From assembly GCA_039815375.1 (NCBI GenBank), contig JBCBZJ010000003.1:64001-128000 (forward strand): a DNA stretch of 64,000 nucleotides, written 5' to 3'. Made by a program: the position numbers and the translations under genes. Shown here piece by piece: positions 22,003 through 32,492 of this stretch. The stretch's first letter is position 1, and every line of letters starts with the position of its first letter. This DNA comes from Verrucomicrobiota bacterium (GTDB taxonomy: Bacteria; Verrucomicrobiota; Verrucomicrobiia; Opitutales; Coraliomargaritaceae). The notes under the pieces are model-generated. The model did not search any database, was not told the origin of the DNA, and worked only from the letters and a program-made list of their open reading frames with translations.

Positions 22003-24401
22003 TGTTTTTGAATGCGTGCGATACGGTCTTCGAGAGACTCGGTGGAGATTTTGCTCGTTAAGCGGTCTGCGATGAGGGGAAGTGACAGTGGTGTAGGTCT
22101 TGGCGTTTCTTTGAAAATATGGCGGCTCGATTGCAGGCGCTTAAGTGTCTGCCTTAAGCGGGCCTCTTCAAATTGATTTTCGAGCACCTCTTCTTGTGCT
22201 TGCTGAATGAGAAGGTTTTCGGGGTCATATTTCGAGAAGACATCGTAAAGTAATCCTGAGGAGGCTTGTAATTGTTTGCCTGATTTTCTTGAGCCGGGGT
22301 AGCCGTCAAATGTGAGGCCAGCGATGCGTGCGATGCCGCGGAATTGGCGCTTCGCCATTTCGCCGACGTTGATGCTTTCGAGGGTGTCTTCAAGTAGGTT
22401 CTCCAAGCTGAAAAGTTCAGGTTTTTTCGTGATGATGTCCTGAAAGGGAAATGGTTCCGGGCAAAGCCACTCGATACCGTAGTCGCTGGCGGTCATGGTA
22501 AAGGTAGCTGCTTGAACTTGTCCCATGCGGTAGGCGAGTAGGGCGGCGAGCCCGTCGTTTACGAGACGGCCTTCAAAGGTAAAACAGAACGCGTGGTAGC
22601 CTTCGCGGGTTTTGCAGGTTTCGAAGAGGACTTCGTCGGCTTTTGGAATGTGAGAGAGTTCCTGTTGCGTGCGCAGGACGGGTTCGAGGGTGCGGAGTTC
22701 AGGCGTATCGGGTGCTGCGCTCTTTGCAATTTGATCGAAGCTGCGGCGGAGTGCATTCGCGAGCTGGTTGGACAGTGGCATCTTACCGCCGAGCCATCGC
22801 GGGACACTGGCTTGGCCACCTTTTGCGCGTTTCACAAAGAGTGTCATGTCGCGGAAGCTGTATTGTTGCAGGACCTTGCCACCGAACAAAAATTTCTCGC
22901 GAGGTTTAAGTCGGCTGGCGAAGGATTCCTCGACGTTACCGATGCGGCCGCCGCCAAGGAAGCGGACTTGGACCATGCTGTCCGAAGTAATGGTGCCGAT
23001 CATCATGCGATGGCGCTTGGCTTGTTTGGGTTGCTTGATGGTCCAGTCGCCGAGATCGTTACGCATGAGCTTGCCGTAATCGGGGTAGCTGTTTAAGGTC
23101 TTACCACCGCTGGCAACCAGTTGCAGTGCCCAATTGAATCGATCTTTACTAAGACTTTCGTAGGCTTTGGTGGAAGTGATTTCTTCGAAGAGGCTTTCTT
23201 CGTTGAAGCTTGTTCCGATGGATCGAGTAACAATGTGTTGGCAAAGCACGTCGAGCGGTTCGTGTGGCGCATGGATCGCTTCGATCTCGGACTTCTCAAT
23301 CGCTTCGCGTGCGGCAGCGAACTCTAAAAGATGGAGCACGCTGGCGGGCATACAGAGGAGCTTCGATTTCTCGCCCATGCGGTGATTACTGCGACCGGCA
23401 CGCTGCATGAGGCGGGCGATGCCTTTGGGCGAACCGATCTGCACAACTTGCTCGATCAGGGAAAAATCGACGCCGAGGTCGAGTGATGAAGTCGCCACAA
23501 CAAGGCGGATCTTTCCCGTCTTCAGACCGGATTCGAGGAGCTCGCGTCCATCGCGGTCGAGTGAACCATGGTGGAGGCCAATTTGCTCAATCCACTTGGG
23601 CTTCGCGCGGATGATTGCTTCGTGCCACATCTCGGCCTGGTTGCGCGTGTTTGTAAAAACCAGAGTGGGCCTTGCAGGATCGAGTCTGTCCAGGAGTGCT
23701 TTCGCGGCTCGAAGGCCCATATTGCCTGCCCATGGAAGCGAGGTGATTTCTTCAGGGATTACGCTTTCTAAAACAATTGGGCGTTCTATTGAAGCAGTAA
23801 TGTGAACTGCTTTTGGATCATGGGGGACGAGGTGCGCCATGGCATCGTTTGGGTTCGCGAGTGTCGCGCTCATGCCCCAAGTCTTGAGCCTCGGGTGCCA
23901 CTCGCGGAGGCGAGCGAGAGCAAGCTCGACCTGGGTGCCCCGCTTGCTCGAAAGCAGCTCGTGCCATTCATCGACGATGACTGTGTCGAGCTTTGCGAAA
24001 AGGCGCTCTGCCTCGGGGTAGGTAAGCAGTAGTGTGAGTGACTCTGGTGTCGTCAGCAGGACTTCGGGAAGCTTTCGCTTTTGCCGGGCCTTGACCGAGC
24101 TTGAGGTGTCGCCGGTTCGGGATTCGACCGTAGCAGAGAGTCCGATGTCTTCCAGTGGTTTTGCCAGTGCGAGCTCAAGGTCGCGGGTCATGGCCCTTAG
24201 CGGAGTGAGGTAAAGGATTTTCAGGCCGGTTGATTTAAGATCTTTCAGTTGATCAAGTAAGCCGCCGTAGGCTGCATAGGTCTTGCCCGAGCCGGTGGGC
24301 ACTTGGATCAGTCCCGACTGGCCATTGCGCTGCGCCTTCCAGGTCGCTTTTTGAAATGGGTGGGCCTTCCACCCCTTTTGCTTGAACCATTCTTCGATCA
24401 C
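21990..24401 (-). CDS. Ligase-associated DNA damage response DEXH helicase (Lhr-core)
   Basis: PTGSGKT, DEWHE, SAT, HHGSL, TSSLDLGVD, QRAGRSNH and FRGIARIAGL motifs. Confidence 0.9.
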   Translation of the reverse strand: MIEEWFKQKGWKAHPFQKATWKAQRNGQSGLIQVPTGSGKTYAAYGGLLDQLKDLKSTGLKILYLTPLRAMTRDLELALAKPLEDIGLSATVESRTGDTSSSVKARQKRKLPEVLLTTPESLTLLLTYPEAERLFAKLDTVIVDEWHELLSSKRGTQVELALARLREWHPRLKTWGMSATLANPNDAMAHLVPHDPKAVHITASIERPIVLESVIPEEITSLPWAGNMGLRAAKALLDRLDPARPTLVFTNTRNQAEMWHEAIIRAKPKWIEQIGLHHGSLDRDGRELLESGLKTGKIRLVVATSSLDLGVDFSLIEQVVQIGSPKGIARLMQRAGRSNHRMGEKSKLLCMPASVLHLLEFAAAREAIEKSEIEAIHAPHEPLDVLCQHIVTRSIGTSFNEESLFEEITSTKAYESLSKDRFNWALQLVASGGKTLNSYPDYGKLMRNDLGDWTIKQPKQAKRHRMMIGTITSDSMVQVRFLGGGRIGNVEESFASRLKPREKFLFGGKVLQQYSFRDMTLFVKRAKGGQASVPRWLGGKMPLSNQLANALRRSFDQIAKSAAPDTPELRTLEPVLRTQQELSHIPKADEVLFETCKTREGYHAFCFTFEGRLVNDGLAALLAYRMGQVQAATFTMTASDYGIEWLCPEPFPFQDIITKKPELFSLENLLEDTLESINVGEMAKRQFRGIARIAGLTFDGYPGSRKSGKQLQASSGLLYDVFSKYDPENLLIQQAQEEVLENQFEEARLRQTLKRLQSSRHIFKETPRPTPLSLPLIADRLTSKISTESLEDRIARIQKQWLR

Positions 24402-24467
24402 TTAGGACCAGCAAAGGTTGAATCCACACTTTTGCAAGGTGACCCAAAGAAGACCTGAGGCTCTCCG

Positions 24468-25187
24468 TTAGCGTTCGCCTATAAGAAGCCGGCAGTAATC
24501 ATTAGCCGGGCATGAGGTAACTTCTTGGACTGAGTCGATCTGTTCGAGCTTTCCGGAGCGTAGGATTGCGACGCGTTGGCCAAAATGTCGTGCATCGGCG
24601 GGGTCATGGGTGACGAGAATACCGGTCATCTTTTCTGCGATTAAGATCGAGCGAATTTCCTCCCGGAGTTTGGCGGTCGTTGACACGTCGAGGTTACTGT
24701 AAGGTTCGTCGAGGAGGATGACTTCGGGCTTTGCTGCCAGGGCACGTGCGAGGGCGACGCGTTGCGCTTCGCCGCCGGAGAGCTCGTGCGGGTAGCGGTC
24801 GCCCAGCCCGGGAAGGTGGACGCGTTCCAAGAGATCGGCAGCGGTCTCTTCAATAACATCTTTGCTCGCACGGCCCAGAGCGTAACCGATATTCTGTGTT
24901 GCAGTCATGTGCGGAAATAGCGCTCCCCCTTGGAAGACGAGGCCAACACGCCTCTTTTCTGGCGGTATCCAGTTGTTCTCCCCGGCGAAGCAGCGCTCGC
25001 CGCAGTGAATCGATCCAGAGCTGGGTTTTTCAAGGCCAGCGATTAGACGAAGTATCGTGGTCTTGCCGCTGCCGCTTTCGCCAACGAGGGAAACCAGCTC
25101 GTGCGCTTCGACTGTAAACGAAACTGAGTCGACTGCGGCTCTCTTTCCGTTTTTGAAGCGCTTGGATATGTTGTCGATGCGGAGCAA
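24468..25187 (-). CDS. Fe3+ ABC transporter ATP-binding protein (FbpC-like)
   Basis: GESGSGKT, PPEKRRVGLVFQ, LSGGEAQR and LLDEP motifs; downstream of Fe3+ permease/SBP. Confidence 0.85.
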   Translation of the reverse strand: MLRIDNISKRFKNGKRAAVDSVSFTVEAHELVSLVGESGSGKTTILRLIAGLEKPSSGSIHCGERCFAGENNWIPPEKRRVGLVFQGGALFPHMTATQNIGYALGRASKDVIEETAADLLERVHLPGLGDRYPHELSGGEAQRVALARALAAKPEVILLDEPYSNLDVSTTAKLREEIRSILIAEKMTGILVTHDPADARHFGQRVAILRSGKLEQIDSVQEVTSCPANDYCRLLIGER

Positions 25188-25347
25188 TGTGCTTGGGCGG
25201 ATCGGTTAAATGAATTATTGAGCTAGCGCGGTACCGTCTTCGATGCACACCCGTTTTTTGGGGTGAGCTGTTTCGGGTATAAATGCGATCCGGGACGGAC
25301 CTGTGCTATTATTGTCTTTCGATACGAGACCATTGTGTAGGATGGAT

Positions 25348-26961
25348 CTAAATTTCGGTGTAGCGGTGGATGATGCGCAAGCCCCAAACGCCGAGCAAGA
25401 TGATCATGAGCGAAGGAAATGCGCTGTCATAGATCAGGCCTTCTTTGGCAAATCCGAAGGCGTGAGTGGCGAGTGTCTCGAATCCACTTGGGCGTAGGAT
25501 GAGTGTGAGAGGTAGCTCTTTGGTGAGGTCAATGAACACGAGTGTGCCACCGGCGAGCAGGTTGCCTCGAAGTAGAGGCCAGTAGATCTTCGTCATCGAT
25601 CTCCATCGGCTTTGGCCGAGGCTTTGCGAGACTTCTTGAAGAGAGCCACAAGTTCGTTCGATACCGCTGAGTGCCGGCATATAGGCAACGGTTAAGAAGC
25701 GGACCGTGTAAGCGAAACTAATTGCCGCGACAGACCCGCTTAACGTGAAGGACCAGATCGAGGCTAGTGGAGAGTTATCCAATGCGCCGAGCAGCGTCAT
25801 GACACCGACTCCGGTAACGACGCTGGGGATCGCATAACCAATCGTTGCGCTGTCGGTATAGCGGCGAAAGAGCCCTCCGTGAAGGCGTGTACAGTAAGCG
25901 AGAAAGAAAGCGAGCAGCGCTATCAGGATTGAGATGCCCACGGCAAGCGAAAGACTTGTGCTGACCTGCTTGAGAAACCGTAGGAAGTTGAAGTCCGTCG
26001 AGGCGATGATCGCCCAGTGCGTGAGTTTTGCGACCGGGTAGATGAAACCGATGATAAACGGCACGGCGCAAAGAACATTGGCAAGAATCGCCCGCTTTCG
26101 CGAGAGTGCCAGCCGTTCGTGCGTGTAGGTATTGCTCAGCGCAGGGGCGAAGCGTTTCCGACGTCGCTGCCAACGTTCGAGTGCAAGTATGAAAAAGACG
26201 AGGCAGATCACAACAGCGGCGAGGCGGATGCCAGCAACACGATCGCCCAGACCGAACCAGCTGCGGAAAATACCTTCAGTCAAAGTCGGCACTCCAAAAA
26301 AGTTAACTGCACCGTAGTCGTTGACCACTTCCATCACGATCAGGCTCAAACCTGCAACCAACGCGGGACGTGCAAGCGGAAGCGCGACCCGGCGAAAGAT
26401 GGAGCCGTTGGATTGACCTAACACGCGGCCCGCTTCAAAATAGACGCTCTGTTCCCGAGAAAAAGCGACCCTCAGGCAGGTAAACAGGTAGGGGTAGAGC
26501 ACTGAAGTAAGAAGAATAATAAGCGTGCCGTAACGGATGACGCGCTCGGTCCATTGTGAAGCGTCGAAGCCGAAAAGCTCTCTCACCTTAACGATCAGCG
26601 GTATTGAGAAATTCAATACATCATAGTAGACAAAGGCCGATGTGAACGTCGGCACGGCAAGCGGCATGATAAGGGCCCATTCCCAAAAGCGTCGCCCCGT
26701 AAAGTCAAAGCTGGCCACGAGCCATGCTGTCGGCACGGCAATGGCAACGCTGAGTATGCCAACGCCGAGGACGACGATAAGCGTGTTGGCAATGTAGCCG
26801 GGCAGGACTGTCCCCGCGAGATGACCCCAATACGCACTAGGCTCAAAGAGACCGAAAAAAACCGCAATCAGGGGCGCGAGTAGAACCAACGCACAGATGG
26901 CAACGCTGGTAGACCAGCCATCGATCCCGCGCCAGAAGCTTCTCGCGCCAGAAGCGATCAC
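25348..26961 (-). CDS. Fe3+ ABC transporter permease (FbpB/FutB-like)
   Basis: Duplicated permease; WGHLAGTVLP, LPLARPA, MEVVNDYG and KELPLTLILRP motifs. Confidence 0.88.
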   Translation of the reverse strand: MIASGARSFWRGIDGWSTSVAICALVLLAPLIAVFFGLFEPSAYWGHLAGTVLPGYIANTLIVVLGVGILSVAIAVPTAWLVASFDFTGRRFWEWALIMPLAVPTFTSAFVYYDVLNFSIPLIVKVRELFGFDASQWTERVIRYGTLIILLTSVLYPYLFTCLRVAFSREQSVYFEAGRVLGQSNGSIFRRVALPLARPALVAGLSLIVMEVVNDYGAVNFFGVPTLTEGIFRSWFGLGDRVAGIRLAAVVICLVFFILALERWQRRRKRFAPALSNTYTHERLALSRKRAILANVLCAVPFIIGFIYPVAKLTHWAIIASTDFNFLRFLKQVSTSLSLAVGISILIALLAFFLAYCTRLHGGLFRRYTDSATIGYAIPSVVTGVGVMTLLGALDNSPLASIWSFTLSGSVAAISFAYTVRFLTVAYMPALSGIERTCGSLQEVSQSLGQSRWRSMTKIYWPLLRGNLLAGGTLVFIDLTKELPLTLILRPSGFETLATHAFGFAKEGLIYDSAFPSLMIILLGVWGLRIIHRYTEI

Positions 26962-27962
26962 TCCCAGCCCGATAAGTTGAAGCAGCGTATCGCAGCAGCG
27001 TTGAGCTCACCCACTTTGGAAAGTGCGGTTGTGTCTGCGGTGAATGCGCCCCAGGATTGCTGCAGTGGTGACCATTCGATCCAGGGAACTGCGGGATATT
27101 CAGAAGTTGTTGCGGGGAAGACCTTCTGAGCTTCGTCGGATGCAAGGAACTCAAGGAATTTCTGTGCACCTGCAACATTGTCTGATGTGGCGACGATGCC
27201 GGCTCCGCTCACATTGATGTGCGTGCCCCGGTCGTTCTGATTGGGAAAAAAGAAGGCGAGCTGCGAGGCGACTTTGCGGTCCGCCTCACTATCGGAGTTG
27301 GCGAGCAGTCCGAGATAGTAGGTGTTGACGACCGCTGCATCAGCGAGTCCTGCTACGACGGCTCGCATTTGATCGCGGTCACTGCCCTGCGGAGGACGCG
27401 CCATGTTTTTGCGCACGGCACCAGCCCATGCTATAGCCGTTTTTTCATCTGTGTTGGCAATGATCGAAGCAAGCAGTGACTGGTTATAGATATTGGATGA
27501 TGAGCGCGCAATGACCCGGCCCTTCCACTCCGGCCCAGCGAGAGCTTCATAGGTGCTGAGTTCTTCAGGTTTCACTCGTTCCGGGGCGTATGCGATGACT
27601 CGGGCTCTCTGTGTGAAACCAAACCAAAAGCCCTCCGAATCGCGAAGGTGAGCAGGAATTCTCGCTTCAAGCGTCTCCGAACGGAGCGATTGCAGAACTC
27701 CAGCTTCCTTTGCGAGATGGAGACGACCGGCATCAACTGTTAGCAGGATGTCTGCGGGAGATTTTTCGCCCTCTGATTTAATCCGGTCGATCAGGGTACC
27801 GGCCTTGCTTTTGACGACCTCAAGCTCGATCCCTGTTTTTTCAGTGAATTTTTTGAAGAGTATCTCGTCCGACTCGTAGTGACGATAGGTGTAGACCGTG
27901 AGCGTTTCTGCTTGAGAGGAAGCGATGAACGCCGCAGCGAGGATGCCAAGGAGTATTTTCAT
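26958..27962 (-). CDS. Fe3+ ABC transporter substrate-binding protein (FutA/FbpA-like)
   Basis: YTYRHY, TVDAGRL, RSSSNIYNQSL, NTYY and GTHINVSGAG (Tyr-based Fe ligands). Confidence 0.9.
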   Translation of the reverse strand: MKILLGILAAAFIASSQAETLTVYTYRHYESDEILFKKFTEKTGIELEVVKSKAGTLIDRIKSEGEKSPADILLTVDAGRLHLAKEAGVLQSLRSETLEARIPAHLRDSEGFWFGFTQRARVIAYAPERVKPEELSTYEALAGPEWKGRVIARSSSNIYNQSLLASIIANTDEKTAIAWAGAVRKNMARPPQGSDRDQMRAVVAGLADAAVVNTYYLGLLANSDSEADRKVASQLAFFFPNQNDRGTHINVSGAGIVATSDNVAGAQKFLEFLASDEAQKVFPATTSEYPAVPWIEWSPLQQSWGAFTADTTALSKVGELNAAAIRCFNLSGWE

Positions 27963-28089
27963 AAATAGTAATATTAAATGAGATGGAGTCTCAGAGAGTT
28001 CACGGTTCTACCGTCAACGCAAGTCACTTGGCCAAAACTCTCAATAAATTCATCCGGGCAGCTTAGCCTGAGTTCACTCTCAGGACATT

Positions 28090-28932
28090 TTAGTCTGCAA
28101 CTGGCTCCAAACCCAGTGCATTCCTTTTTTTTGCATCCTGCGGGCGGTTTTCGGACCAGTATTCGCTATTCATGATACGATGGCTTAGCTTTGCAGTGGT
28201 TGTGCCACTGGGACCGATTTCCTTCCAGGCCCGGATGATGTGGGGAAAAGCGGTGTCGAATTCGATTTCCAGCGTGCGGTTGATTGCGGGGTAACGGATG
28301 GCATAAAGTGAGGTCTTACTATCCCGGAAGAGCTTGGCTTCTGCATTTTCAGCTTGGATTGGGCGGTGCGCGAACCTCGTGTAAACGGCGCCCGGCACAG
28401 CTTTGAGTGAGCCGGTCGGGAGCGAGCTGGGATCAAGGCGGAGTCGAGTCCACAGTTCATCTTCGAGCCAGACATTGGAAAGTTTGAAGTTGCGGTCACC
28501 TTCCCGTTGGAAATAAGACCGGAGTTCGCCGCGCCAACCTGAGTCGGTCTTGTTTGTTTGTTGGAAGGCCTGCCCGCACCAATCCTGGACAGAGGTATTG
28601 GTTTTTAGGGCATGCGGATAGGCCGTGAGATCGATGGGCTGGAAAGTGCTGGTCATCGTTCGGTAGGAATAGATGCCTGTGTTGAAGGTGCGGAGGGCAT
28701 TTAGCTTTAGAGTGTCGACCGACTCGCCGCCGCCGTATTCGTTTTTGACCTGTTGGCTGGTGAGGAAGGGTTCGGTCACGAAAATAAACTCAGCGTGCCC
28801 GGGGTGCGCTTTGCCATAGCGCATCTGATTGAGCTCGAAGCTTGAGATTTCAGCCCCCGCAAACCAGAAGTCGCGGACCTTGTCGGCGTGCAGGCTGAAT
28901 AGAAGAGTTATGAATAGTAGTGCGATGCGCAT
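28090..28932 (-). CDS. Conserved secreted hypothetical protein
   Basis: Signal peptide; FWFAGAEISSFEL.Q.RYG...IFVTEPF...LKLN...FNTGIY...QDWCG; function unknown. Confidence 0.65.
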   Translation of the reverse strand: MRIALLFITLLFSLHADKVRDFWFAGAEISSFELNQMRYGKAHPGHAEFIFVTEPFLTSQQVKNEYGGGESVDTLKLNALRTFNTGIYSYRTMTSTFQPIDLTAYPHALKTNTSVQDWCGQAFQQTNKTDSGWRGELRSYFQREGDRNFKLSNVWLEDELWTRLRLDPSSLPTGSLKAVPGAVYTRFAHRPIQAENAEAKLFRDSKTSLYAIRYPAINRTLEIEFDTAFPHIIRAWKEIGPSGTTTAKLSHRIMNSEYWSENRPQDAKKRNALGLEPVAD

Positions 28933-29016
28933 ACTTTATAATGTGCCGAAAATGCGCAAAGTTCAACCGAATCTGCGTAGCCTCCTAAGCTCCAATTCTG
29001 TTATGATCCAGGCTCC

Positions 29017-30381
29017 ATGCAAATCACGGATAGAGATTTGAAGCTGATCGAGAAGTATGACCGTCCGGGGCCCCGTTATACCAGCTACCCCCCTGCAAAT
29101 CACTTTCAGGAATTCAAGGATGTCTCGCCATTGCTTCGTTCTCTTGAGGAAAGCGATGCGCCGCTTTCGCTTTATTTTCATCTGCCTTTTTGCGAGACCC
29201 TTTGCTGGTTCTGTGGTTGCCACCAAATCACAACAACAAATCGTAATCGCGCAGACGATTACCTTGATCTGCTTGAAGCCGAACTAGAGCTTTTTGCGAG
29301 ATATCATCGCCCGGAGCGAGAAGTGGTGCAAATGCACTTCGGCGGCGGCACGCCTAATTTCTTTACTCCTGAACAGCTGGATCGATTGTGGGCAATGATT
29401 GAGATGCGTTTCCGGTTCGCGCCGGAAGCGGAGAAGTCGGTGGAGCTGGATCCGCGTCGCCTCAGCCCAGATCAGGTTCAGGCTTTGGCAAAAATGGGCA
29501 TTACGCGGGCGTCCTTCGGTGTCCAGGATTGTAATCCTGAAGTGCAGAAAGTGATTCATCGAGAGCAGCCTCAGGCAATGAACGAGGCAGCGATGAAGAT
29601 GTTGCGTGCGAACAGCTTTGTATCGGTCAATCTGGACCTGATCTATGGTCTGCCCTCGCAGACGGTTGAGAGCTTCAAAGAGACTATCGATCAAGTGCTG
29701 GCCTTGAAACCGGACCGCTTTGCCGTTTTCAACTACGCACATGTGCCTTGGATGCGGCCCGCTCAGAAGCTGCTGGAATGCGCAGGTTTGCCCGATGCGC
29801 GAACCAAGCTCGAACTCTTGAAGCTGTGTGTCGAGCGACTCTCCGGTGCCGGCTATGAATGTATTGGCATGGACCACTTTGCGTTGCCGAAGGACGAGCT
29901 TGTTGTTGCTCAAAAGCGGGGCACTTTACAGCGAAACTTTCAGGGCTATAGTACGCGGTCGGGTGTTGAGATCTGTGGTTTTGGGATCTCAAGCATTTCG
30001 CAGAGTGCAAATGGATTTCGGCAGAACGTCAAAGATCTCGAAAGCTACCGTGCCCAACTTGAAGAGGGGCAGCTACCAATTGTAAGAGGATATCTTTTAA
30101 CCGACGAAGATCGGATGCGCTCTGATTTGATTATGCGCCTGATGTGTGATCTATCGCTCGACTATATCGCGATGTCTGAAAAGTGGGGTATCGATTTCGA
30201 GACCCACTTTTGGGGCTCCTTGATGCGGCTGCGCGAACCTGCAGAGGATGGCTTGATCGAGTTCTCACCGCGTGGCTTCCGAGTGACCGAAAGCGGGCGG
30301 TTCTTTATTCGAAATCTGGCGATGTGCTTCGATGCTTATCTCGAGCCTGCAGCCGAGAAACGCTACTCGAGGACTGTTTAA
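29017..30381 (+). CDS. hemN: Oxygen-independent coproporphyrinogen III oxidase
   Basis: GPRYTSYP, radical-SAM CETLCWFC, HFGGGTP, GMDHFA and RNFQGYS motifs. Confidence 0.95.
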   Translation: MQITDRDLKLIEKYDRPGPRYTSYPPANHFQEFKDVSPLLRSLEESDAPLSLYFHLPFCETLCWFCGCHQITTTNRNRADDYLDLLEAELELFARYHRPEREVVQMHFGGGTPNFFTPEQLDRLWAMIEMRFRFAPEAEKSVELDPRRLSPDQVQALAKMGITRASFGVQDCNPEVQKVIHREQPQAMNEAAMKMLRANSFVSVNLDLIYGLPSQTVESFKETIDQVLALKPDRFAVFNYAHVPWMRPAQKLLECAGLPDARTKLELLKLCVERLSGAGYECIGMDHFALPKDELVVAQKRGTLQRNFQGYSTRSGVEICGFGISSISQSANGFRQNVKDLESYRAQLEEGQLPIVRGYLLTDEDRMRSDLIMRLMCDLSLDYIAMSEKWGIDFETHFWGSLMRLREPAEDGLIEFSPRGFRVTESGRFFIRNLAMCFDAYLEPAAEKRYSRTV

Positions 30382-31226
30382 GCGGAGAACCCAAGGGCCT
30401 CAGTATCGAACTCCATACTGGCGACGCGCGTGGCAGGTCCGCTCATGCGAATTTCATAGTCGTCGCCGATGACGATACCGATTTTTCCGCCGGGCATGTG
30501 CACGGTGATTTCGCGGTCGCAGAGTCCGATGCGGTGGGCGACTGCTGCCGCAGCGCTGCTGCTGGAGCCGGAGGCAAGCGTGTAACCTGCGCCGCGCTCC
30601 CAGATCTCGATTTGGATGTTGTTTCGATCGAGCGCTTTCAGGAACTGGACGTTGGTGCGATTGGGAAAATCCGGATGCACTTCGATGGCGGCACCGTCTT
30701 TGCAGGCTAGCGTTTCAGAGATTTCAGGGAGGGGCACGACGCAGTGCGGATTGCCGATGTCAGCGATATAGGTGGTATAGGTGGTACCATTGACCGTGAG
30801 TTCGTGGTCAAGGTTGTGGTCGGCCTGCTCTGGGCCATCCACAGGAATGTGGTCGCGTCCGAAGTGGACCTTACCCATATCGACAGTGATGACTTCCGCA
30901 CTCTCGCCGATGGTGCAGGTGACTACGCCGCCAAGTGTATCGACGGTAAAGGCCTCGTTTTTGACCGCGCCGGTGTCGTAAAGGTAGCGCGCGAAGATGC
31001 GGAGGCCGTTGCCGCTCTTTTCGGCTTCGCTGCCGTCCGGGTTCATAATCCGGAGGCCGAAGTCGGCTTTTTCGGTCTCAAGTGGACCGAATAGAATGCC
31101 GTCGGAGCCGAGTCCGAAATTACGATGGCAGATGCGAATGGTATCCGCTTCGTCGGGCAGTTTACCGTCTTTCGGGTCGAGGACGAGGTAGTCGTTACCC
31201 AGTGCATGGTATTTACTGAAAAGCAT
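30378..31226 (-). CDS. dapF: Diaminopimelate epimerase
   Basis: KYHALGND, NPDGSEAEKSGNG, GNPH and WERGAGYTLASGS motifs. Confidence 0.9.
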   Translation of the reverse strand: MLFSKYHALGNDYLVLDPKDGKLPDEADTIRICHRNFGLGSDGILFGPLETEKADFGLRIMNPDGSEAEKSGNGLRIFARYLYDTGAVKNEAFTVDTLGGVVTCTIGESAEVITVDMGKVHFGRDHIPVDGPEQADHNLDHELTVNGTTYTTYIADIGNPHCVVPLPEISETLACKDGAAIEVHPDFPNRTNVQFLKALDRNNIQIEIWERGAGYTLASGSSSSAAAAVAHRIGLCDREITVHMPGGKIGIVIGDDYEIRMSGPATRVASMEFDTEALGFSA

Positions 31227-31271
31227 AAGCTTTTAGCAAAGGCCCTGCGCGAGGTGATGCAACCCCTCGGT

Positions 31272-32378
31272 CTATGATTTTTGAGAGACCCCAACCTCAA
31301 GAGGTCGCGATGGATCTCCGGCGAGATGCAGGGTTTGGGTCGGGAAGGCAAAGTCGATATCTGCCGCATTGAAGCGCTCAAGAATCTGCATGTTCACATT
31401 CTCGCCAAACTCCAGGAAGTCCCAGTAAGCAGCAGGATGATACCAATATATGCAGAACAGGTTAAGGGCACAGTCCTGAAAATTGTTAAAGTAAACTTTT
31501 GGCGGAAAGTCCGGGTCCATCCCTTCGTGATCGGCGAGGATTTCTTCGATGATGGCTTTGGCTTCGCGCACCTTATCCGGTGGGGTATCATAAGTTATGG
31601 TGATATTAAAGAGGCGTCGAATATGGGGACGTTTCGAGATATTCTCAATGGACTTGTTGGCGAGCTCGCCATTTGGAATCGTTACTAAATGTCCAGTTAA
31701 GGTGCGTACGCGGGTTGAGCGCATGCCGACAGTTTCGATGATGCCATCGGTGCCATCGACCACTATGCGCTCGCCGACCTCAAAGGGGCGGTCCGAGAGG
31801 ATAACAAGCGAGCCGAAGAAGTTCTTGATCGTGTCCTGTGCTGCAAGTGCGAAGGCGAGACCGCCGATGCCGAGACCAGCGAGAATGGAAGTGACTTCTT
31901 TACCACTTAGGATCTGGGCGATCTGGACGAAGGTCAGGACAAGGATCGTTGCGGAAAGACTCTTCGCGATGATAGGCGCCAACATGTCGTCGAGTTTGCT
32001 GGGCGTCTTGCTCGCTGCGCGGATCATCCAAACCTTGGGCGCTTCGACAAGGCAATGGGCCGTCCATGCAATAGCCAGAGTCACGAGGATTGAAACCACT
32101 GTATCCACAAGCTCCTCTCCCGTGCCCAACTTGAGGAAGCTGGTGCCTGAGGCGACCCCGATCGAGAAGGTCAGGAAAGTGGCTGCACTTGACAGGCCAC
32201 CAAGCGTAGCCGAGACGACAGGCCGGCTCTCGGAGCACTCTTCTGAGCGTTTGCGCAAAAGGATCCTCAGTAGCTTTCCCGCAACCAGCGCGATCACAAT
32301 TATCAGCAGGAGGCATCCGATGCGCCATAGCTCGTTACCTGCGATCATTTCGAGTTGGAAAAATTCTTTCGCTGACAT
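31272..32378 (-). CDS. mscS: Small-conductance mechanosensitive channel
   Basis: LAGLGIGGLAFALAAQDT, DRPFEVGE, GMRST, IPN and FAFPT motifs; start taken at ATG 32378. Confidence 0.9.
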   Translation of the reverse strand: MSAKEFFQLEMIAGNELWRIGCLLLIIVIALVAGKLLRILLRKRSEECSESRPVVSATLGGLSSAATFLTFSIGVASGTSFLKLGTGEELVDTVVSILVTLAIAWTAHCLVEAPKVWMIRAASKTPSKLDDMLAPIIAKSLSATILVLTFVQIAQILSGKEVTSILAGLGIGGLAFALAAQDTIKNFFGSLVILSDRPFEVGERIVVDGTDGIIETVGMRSTRVRTLTGHLVTIPNGELANKSIENISKRPHIRRLFNITITYDTPPDKVREAKAIIEEILADHEGMDPDFPPKVYFNNFQDCALNLFCIYWYHPAAYWDFLEFGENVNMQILERFNAADIDFAFPTQTLHLAGDPSRPLEVGVSQKS

Positions 32379-32492
32379 GGTTACAGTTGAGCAAGTTGCA
32401 GACCAAAAAACGATGGTGAATTTTAAGGTTTTTTTATGGCGCGAATGCGATGCAGGTGTATTTTCCACCGTTTTCTCTGAACCCAAATCACA

